Assembly: GCF_009914755.1 (NCBI RefSeq)
Contig: NC_060930.1
Origin: the human T2T-CHM13v2.0 reference genome, Homo sapiens
DNA: 64,000 nucleotides
Strand: one strand, 5' to 3'
Part shown: positions 52,901 through 64,000 of the stretch, in pieces
Numbering within the stretch: the first letter of the stretch is position 1
Layout of the letters: each line of letters begins with the position of its first letter
Translations under genes and position numbers: made by a program
Notes under the pieces: model-generated
Database searches by the model: none
The model's input: only the letters and a program-made list of their open reading frames with translations
What the model was told of the DNA's origin: nothing

Positions 52901-54119
52901 TTATGTCTCTCCATAACAAATGAATATGTTGAAGGACATTAGAAGAGTATGCAGTAAACTTTTTTAAGTAATAAAATTAATTTAAAAATGAAGCTATTTT
53001 ACTTTTTGATGTTTTACTACTTTCCCGTGTGAATTGCTTTTGGCAGCTCAGAGACAACTTTAAAAACCTAAACACCATAAAGCAGTCCTTGCACTTCCAT
53101 ATGTAACTCAATTGAGGGCAAGATTTGAAAATCCATGGCTCCGTGATTGGAAGCCTGTGATCCTGCGCCTCGATCAAAACTTGGTTTTCCAAGGCCTTCT
53201 GTGATCAGCTGACAATGACAAATAGAGCAAAGAGCAAACAACTTGGGCCCAAAGCAGAGGGTGTAGTGATAGCATTCTTATAAATGCTGTGGCTGCTTAG
53301 CCACTGGATCCTACTAGCTTGCCTGTCTCCATTGCAGCTGTTAACCTATGCACCCTCTCTGTTGGAGCTGAGGCCTTAAGGATATACCAGGCACTACAGA
53401 CAGTAATTATCTGAGGTAAAAATCATCTCCTTTCATAATATTTAAAAAGTAACATGCACTTTCTGATTATAAAATAAGCACAACTATATTGTCCAAAGCG
53501 CTTCATGTGCATAACTTAATCTTTATGGGGGAAGGACTATTATTTTAACCACCTTAGATATGAAAAACTGCAATTAGAGATTACATAGCTAGAGGAAGAG
53601 GCAGTACTAAATCTGGCCATCTGGCTCCAGAAACCATACTGTTAACCTCTGTGAAAAGACTGCCTCCTGTACTGTTGAAATAGATGAGTCGAGATGTGTG
53701 GGAGCTTAAAATAAACTCAGATTCAAATAGCCATTGGAAGTAGTAGAAGAGACGTCAAAATGCAGTGTATGATTAATTGTCAAATAAATTGTATAGGCCA
53801 TATATTATCGCAGTATAAAAAGAGTAGGAATTAGTTCAGACTGAAGATTCATTGTCAGGCTATGCTTCCTTGAGGGTAATTCGGGAGGAGAGTGTGGTTT
53901 CAGCTTCGGCTTGAAGCAGGGGCAATATTTGTGACATCAGAGAGCATGATGTTTTGGGAAGGAAGTGGATCTTGGTCAGTTACTTAAAACTGGGTGGGTT
54001 AGTCCAGGATAGAGGGTGCTAGGCCTAGAATGAGACCTCTCTACTAGAGTGGGACAGAAATTAGGGAGCTGACTTTGGGTGTAGGTGCTGACACACTGTT
54101 TAATCTGACAACTACAGAG

Positions 54120-54280
54120 CTGCTTTTGCCACAAAAACAAAGAAAAGTGGGTATCTGTGTGAAATGATGGCTCTGTTAATTTGCTTCACTATGGTAACCT
54201 TTTTTACTATCTATATGTATCCCTTAGCATCATGTTGTGTACCTTAAATATACACAGTAAGTTTTATTTAAAGAAAAGAG
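54120..54280 (+). mobile_element. Short L1MA-like 3' end fragment
   Basis: GTGAAATGATGG..TGTTAATTTGCTTCACTATGGTAACC..CATCATGTTGTGTACCTTAAATATACAC and an A-rich tail. Confidence 0.8.
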
Positions 54281-54668
54281 AAAGTCAATGAGATAGCTGA
54301 GGAGGGCAGATGGAGTATAATATGAAACATGGAGCCATAGTAACCAAGAGAGAATTTTGCATGAGAAATGGGTAAGTAGTAAAAAATTTCAAATGTTGCA
54401 GAGAAGTCAATGAGAATAAGAACTAAAATATGACCATTGAGTTAAAAGATGGTCATTAATTATATTTAACAATTAGTTTTAGCCTAATGATTACTGTATA
54501 GAAACTACAATTTTGGTGGGATGAAAAACTAATATATAGTAGTAGCCATCTTCTTGGAAGAGTAGTTCAGATATGGCTGAACAATGTATGCACATAGGTC
54601 TTAGGCATTATTTGTCAGATGTTTGGGAAAACTTACCCTTTCCCCACTTCATCCCATAAGTTGCCTGG

Positions 54669-55040
54669 TGGCATGGTTTGGCTGTGTCCTCACCCAAATC
54701 TCATCTTGAATTGTAATCCCCATAATCCCCACATGTCAAGGGAGGGACATGGTGGGAGGTTATTGGATCATGGGGACGGTTTCCTCCATGCTGTTCTTGT
54801 GATCCTGAGTGAGTTCTCAAGAGATCTGATTGTTTTTTTAAGTGTTTGACAGCTCCTTCTTCACACACTCACTCTCTCTCCTGACACCTTGTGAAGAAGC
54901 CGCCTGCTTCCCCTTCCGCCATGATTGTTAAGTTTCGTGAGGCTTCCCAGCCCTATGTAACTGTGAGTCAATGAAATCTCCTTTGTTTATAAATTATCCT
55001 GCCTTAGGTAGTATTTTTATAGCAGTGTGAGACTAATATA
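54669..55040 (+). mobile_element. MST/THE1-type MaLR solo LTR
   Basis: ATGGTTTGGCTGTGTCCTCACCCAAATCTCATCTTGAATTGTAATCCC..TGTGAAGAAG..CTGCTTCCCCTTCCGCCATGATTG, with degenerate TSD CCTGG/CCTGA. Confidence 0.9.
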
Positions 55041-55151
55041 CCTGAGTAGTGAGTCTTCTGTGTATGTTGATATTCTCTGCCTTCTCCAGCACATACTTCC
55101 ATTTCCTCTGGTGCACCCACGTAGAAATATTTCATCTCAGTTATTGTAGGG

Positions 55152-55362
55152 CAGGGTTTGTCAATCTTGGCACTATTGACATTTTTGGTTAGGTAATTCT
55201 TTTTGTAGGGGGCTGGCCTGTAATTGTAGAATGTTTAGCAGTATCCTAGCTTTTACCCGTTAGATGCCAATAGCATCTCCCCCAATGGTGAGAATAGAAA
55301 AGTCTTCAGATGTTGGTAAGGGTCTCCTGAGGAGCAAAATAACCCCCAGCTGAGAACCCAGC
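55152..55362 (+). mobile_element. MER20 (hAT-Charlie)
   Basis: TCAATCTTGGCACTATTGACATTT..TGTAGAATGTTTAGCAG..TAGATGCCAATAGCA..TGAGAACC. Confidence 0.9.
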
Positions 55363-55399
55363 AGTCAGGGATATCTGTGATTTTGACCTTCCAGGATTT

Positions 55400-55850
55400 A
55401 GTTGCTGTACTGTCATTCTGGCAACAGCATTTCAATATTCCTTGGGGAAACAACTTCCTCTCACACTCTCTACCCACTTGCTTCAGATGGAGTTGACTAT
55501 GCCCCTGGCACTACTGAACATAGGACATAGTCTGGCCATTTCTGTACCTAAGCTGTTGATTTAGGGATGGGCATATGACCAAAATCAAACCAATTGGCTT
55601 GGATTAATCCTAAATCCAGTCCTTGTGATTGAACGGCCAAAATGTGGGTTCTTTTCCACTAGATTTGACTTTAGGAGGATGTAATCCTGGAGTGTTGGCC
55701 ACCACTTTGATACATCTAAATCCATTGTGTCTTCAAGCTAGTCAAGTCTGAACCTTTTAGTTATGTGAGCCATTAAAACATTTTTGTTTGCTTGATGTTG
55801 CTTAAGCTATATTTTCTCTCACTTGCATCAGAAAAACTTCTAACTGATAC
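55400..55850 (+). mobile_element. Old MaLR (MLT1-type) LTR fragment
   Basis: AGGGATGGGCATATGACC..TTTTAGTTATGTGAGCCATTAAAA..TCACTTGCATCAGAAAAACTTCTAACTGATACA. Confidence 0.65.
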
Positions 55851-56971
55851 AAAGTTTTAGAATTTGGGGTTACAAAAAATGATTTCATAATGTAAAATAA
55901 GCAGGCTGATTTAGAGTTGAGTGGAAGAAAGTGAAGACCCTTCCATCACACTTCAATAAATTCACACTTGTAAATATTATCTTGGGTTGTGAAATGGAAA
56001 GCTGTGTTATGCGATAGTGAAGCAGATGATTAAAGTGCCACTTTTGGTATTTTGTTGCTTGGGCCATGTGCTTATCGAGGCTGGGACATTAATTAAGGAG
56101 CTTGGTAGCAAACTGACGAAATACTGGATCTTATGGACTATATTTTGAAGCCTCAGTAACGTCCTACCGAAAAAAAGGCAAGTTCAGGTAGATGCAGTCC
56201 TGTCTGAAGGCAGAGACAGAAGAAAATGTGTTTTTGCCAAGAGAGATATTTTCTGCATGCAGCCCAGAATCCAAGACCATTTAGGGGTCTGGTTTTACAG
56301 GTTTTGAAAATCCTAATTCTCTGCTTTGAGTTCAGGATATTTACACAAAGTCAGGATGGTGTGTTCAGACAGGAGGTGGGAAACATAATAGGAGGTCAGA
56401 CTGGGGCCTGGGGAAAGTATGTTTTCACAAGCTCCTTCAGGCAAGTTCTGTTATGCTTCTCTGCCTGAAAAACAGGCCAATTTCCCCCACAGTAGCTGGG
56501 AGGCAGCCTAGGGAGCAGGCGAATTAGACCCTGGTGACTAATGCTCCCATGCAGAAGCCAAGATGAATTGGGCCCAGAGAGGATGAGCTGAGCACCTAGA
56601 CCTGTTGCTAAAGGACAACACTCCCAGATTGGGTTCCAGACGTAAAAACTTTGGCCTAACTAGATCTATGGAAATTGAATATTAAGTCATTGAATTGAGT
56701 GAAAATCAAATGATGAAAACCCTACTAAGTATGCCAGTGAAATGCCAAGTCTGGCAAACTGGCTCAACATTGCTTACCTCAAACCCCCAAATGTTTAGTG
56801 GGTGCCAAAGGTCAGGTACTGTGCTGCTAGTTGTCACACGGTTTTGAATGAAACAGATGCCCTTTCACTCCCTACATGAAAAGCTGAAATTCCAATGAAG
56901 AAAGAAGCCAGACAATATACAAATGAACAAATAATTATGAATAGATGAAGTTTGATTGTGTTAGTGCTATG

Positions 56972-57011
56972 AGGAGAGGGGGAGAGAGAGAGAGCGAGAG
57001 AGCGAGCGAGT
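56972..57011. repeat. (GA)n(GAGC)n compound microsatellite
   Basis: gagagagagagagcgagagagcgagcgag read directly. Confidence 0.9.
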
Positions 57012-58562
57012 GCACACTGTAATAGAGATCTACTGGGAAGGAGATGGTAATATAAAAATTTGGAAACTCTCCCTTTTCTTCTATAAAGTATTAACAGGCT
57101 ATTTTGGCCCTTCTACTAAAAGCATTGAAGTAGTAAATTACCTTTGGCTTTGACACTGTACTTATCTTTCTGAGAGGTTGAGATCTTTAACATTCCTTAA
57201 TTACATTTCTAGTGCAAAGGTAGGCAGTAGCGGATGGACTTAATCATCAAGATATTTGAGCAGATTTGTTGAAGGCCATCTTTGCTGTGCAGACAGTAAC
57301 CTGAAATGCAGACTGGATGGCACATTACCAACCACCTAATGAATGTGCTCCCTCCCAGTTGGGATCTCGGGTGCATTTACTCATCTTCAACCAGTGTAAT
57401 TAAAGATGAAAAGTATAACACTGATGTATCCTTCTCTGGGGAGGGAGTTGTTTTAATTGTAGACCCATCAGTGGAAAATGAACTATGCTGGAGAAAGATC
57501 AGGCTTAATTACACACCTGTTGGTGGTATCAAGTGAAGCTGTTGCTTTGTGCTTTAATAGGGAAACTATCTAGAAAAACCCTGTGATGTGGCAAAGCTCA
57601 AAATGTCACCTCATTAGAGCTTACAATTTCTGCCTTTTTCAATCATTGAATCATCAAATTTAAGGTGAAAAGGCATTGAGGTTTTTCAGTCTAATTCACA
57701 TACTTCACAGATGAGAAAACTAAAGCCTGCAAGTACTGGCTTGTCCGAATTCACACAAATAATTTGAGAGGTGTTTATTAAGCTTCTTTGCTGGCTGCCC
57801 GTGTCTTCTAAATACTATCTGGTTAGATTTGAAAGTAGACAGTAGAGGTCCTCCATTCAGGACTTCAGAAAAAGTTTAAAAATTAAACCCAGACATGTTT
57901 CATTTTCAGACAGCTTTTCTCAAAATGAGAGGTGCAGACCATCAGTCAGAGAGAAATGGCTATGATCCTAGATCCTTTAGGAAGCTGCCCACCTACTGCA
58001 GCTATAATCAGTTCTAAATTTTTGAAGGATATGATATAAAGGACAGAGAACTCTCTGGGAAAAATCATATTTTAAAATATCATCTCAGGATTTAACTCCA
58101 AATTCCTATTTGATTTTTTTTCTTGGTGACAGTTTTGAAGTGTTTGATCCTCAAAGTCTCCCTCTACCAGTTTGCTTAATCTTACTACATGGAAGTCTGA
58201 GTGGGCTGCTTCATGCCTCATTTTTCCTGGGCCACCTCTTGGGATCTGCCTGTATGCCTTGGTTTTATAAAGGCAAATTCTTCTAAAGCATGCAGTGCAT
58301 TTAGGCCTGACAGAGTTAGAAAACTGTAAGATGCAAGACAAAAGGTGTGCATCTTTCCATGAGCATGTGTATGTGAGGGAGGGGGAGGGACGAAGGGAAA
58401 AACAAAGGGAGAGACAGAAACGGATTCATTCATTAATTCAACGACTTCATTGGAGCTTATTGTGTTCCAGGCACTTTGATGGGTTCTAGGTATAAAGATA
58501 TAAACCAAACAGATGATTGCTGTCCTCGGGGGATTTACAGTTGTTGGAAGAACTAGATCACG

Positions 58563-58762
58563 CTGTTGACACTGTTGATATTTTGGGCTAGATAATTCTT
58601 TGTTTTGGAGATTTCCTGAGCATTTTAGGATATTTAGCAGGATTTCTAGCCTCTACCCACTAGATGCCAGTAGCACATCCTCAACTTTGACAATCAGAAA
58701 TGTCTCCAGATGTTGCCAAATGTCCTCTGGATAGTAAAATTGTCCCCAGTTGAGAACCACTG
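58563..58762 (+). mobile_element. MER20 nested in a minus-strand L2 fragment (L2 from ~58424)
   Basis: GATAATTCTTTGTT..CCTCTACCCACTAGATGCCAGTAGCAC..AATGTCTCCAGATGTTGCCAAATGTCC..GTTGAGAACCACTG. Confidence 0.9.
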
Positions 58763-59706
58763 AGTTAGAGAATATCAAATGATCACACATAATTAAATAA
58801 TTATAATGGTATCTAATTCCTTTTTGTTATATTTTCTGGTTGGTTACGTTGGAAAATAGTACAGAAGAGAAATACAGTTTTTTTTACACAAGCTTGTTAC
58901 TGAAATATAATAGTCATATATGAAAGTGCATGAATCACAAATATACAGTTTGAAGAGTTTTTTTTTCAAAGTTTACACGTTCACGTTATCAGCACCCAGC
59001 ATCCAGATGAATAAACAAAACATGACCAGTTCCCTCGAAGTCCCTCTGATGCGCCACTGCAGTCTCTATTATAATCTCCAACACCACACTACGTGCTCTT
59101 CATGACAGGCTTCTGCTCATTTTATCTTTTACGAGAGTCATTCACATTGTTGCAAGTGGAGCAGTTTGCTTTTTCCCATTGTAGTATAATATCCCATTTA
59201 TCTTTTCTACCTTTGGTGGACATTTGGGTTGTTTCCAGTTTGGGGCATGATCAATATAATGTTGCTCTTAATATTATTTTTTCCAAAACCCCCCACCTTT
59301 ATTCAGGTATAATTTACACACCATAAAATGCACCATTTTAAAGTATACAATTCAGTGAATTTTAGTGTATTCACAGAGTTGTGCACCTATTACCACTGCC
59401 TAAATTTTGAAACATTTTCCTCGTACTAAAAGGAATCCTATCCCCATTAGCAGTTACTTTTCATTCCTCACCTGCCCTCATGTCAGCCCCTGCCAACCAT
59501 CATCTACTTTCTGTTTCCATGGATTTGCCTATTCTAGATATTTTATATCAATGGAATAATGTAATATGTGATCTTTTCTCAGTGACATCTTTCACTTAAC
59601 ATGTTTTCGAGTCTCACTCAAGTTATAGTATGTATCAGGACTTCCTTCTATTATGGCCAAATAATATTCTACTGTGTGGTAATACCACATTTTGTTTTTC
59701 CATTGA

Positions 59707-60060
<354 letters not shown>

Positions 60061-60384
60061 TCATGTACAAGTTTTTGTGTGAGCATATGCTTTTATTTCT
60101 TTTGGGTATATACTTAGAAGTAGAATTGCTGGATTGTATAATTCTATGTTTAATATTTTGAGAAACTGCCAAACTGTTTTCCAGAGCAACTGCACAATTT
60201 TGCAATCTTGCTGCAATGAATGAAGTTTCCAGTTTCTCCATACCCTCACTGACATTTGTTATTATCTGTTGGTGTCATTTTAGCCCATCCTAGTGGGTAT
60301 GGGTGTGAAGTGGTATCACATTATTGTTTTGATTTGCATTTCCTTAACGACGAATGATGCTGAGGGTATTTTGAGGGTATTTTC

Positions 60385-60575
60385 TTTTATTATTATTATT
60401 ATACTTTAAGTTCTGGAGTACATGTGCAGAACATGCAGGTTTGTTACATAGGTATACACATGCCATGGTGGTTTGCTGCACCCATCAACCTGTCATCTAC
60501 ATTAAATATTTCTCCTAATGCTATCCCTCCCCTAGACCCCCACCCACCGACAGGCCCGAGTGTGTGATGTTCCCC
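60385..60575 (-). mobile_element. Severely 5'-truncated L1PA (~190 bp) with TSD
   Basis: TATTATACTTTAAGTTCTGG..ACATGTGCAGAAC..CTAATGCTATCCCTCCCC, flanked by TGAGGGTATTTTC on both sides. Confidence 0.93.
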
Positions 60576-61006
60576 GCTGAGGGTATTTTCATGTGCCAAC
60601 CCTACATCTTCAGAAAAACATCCACTCAAATTATTTGCCCATTTTTCATTGGGTTATTTGCCTTTTTTGGGGGGATATATCACTGCTTTTTAAAAAAATA
60701 GACAAATAATAATTGCACATATTAGGGTACATAGTGATGTTTCGATACATATAATGTACAGTGATCTGGTCAAGGTAATTAGCATATCCATCTTCTCAAA
60801 CATTTATCATTTCCTTGTGTTGGGAACTTTCAATATCTTCTTTCTAGCTATGTGAAACGATGTGGTACATTATTGTTAACTATAGTCATTCTGCAGTGAT
60901 ATAGAACACTAGAACTTACTCCTCCATGTTTGCTATTTTTTGTTTGTTGACTTAGAATAGTTGTTTATAATTCTTGGATATAATTTCAAAATATTTTCTC
61001 CCATTC

Positions 61007-64000
<2,994 letters not shown>

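Overview
Primate (human-like) non-coding genomic DNA. It is AT-rich and CpG-depleted, and I can support no intact cellular protein-coding gene, rRNA, tRNA or CRISPR array. The left end (1-2706) is the 5' part of a minus-strand HERV-H provirus: an LTR7 5' LTR with LTR7up-like features, plus decayed gag, pro and the start of pol. Its tRNA-His primer-binding site is cut in half by an apparent leader deletion. The right end (61007-64000) is the 3' part of a minus-strand L1PA element with a broken ORF2. In between are Alu, MIR, L2, old L1M, MaLR/ERVL solo LTRs, DNA-transposon fossils (MER3, MER5A, MER20, MER81, MADE1) and microsatellites, with a long stretch of mostly unique sequence from about 27 to 54 kb. 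The most striking unexplained structure is a ~220-bp inverted repeat (about 89% identity by hand count; 27975-28192 and 29216-29436) that I do not recognise as a transposon and that brackets ~1 kb. Repeat subfamily names come from recalled consensus sequences and boundaries are approximate. I found no evidence of a new multi-gene biological system.
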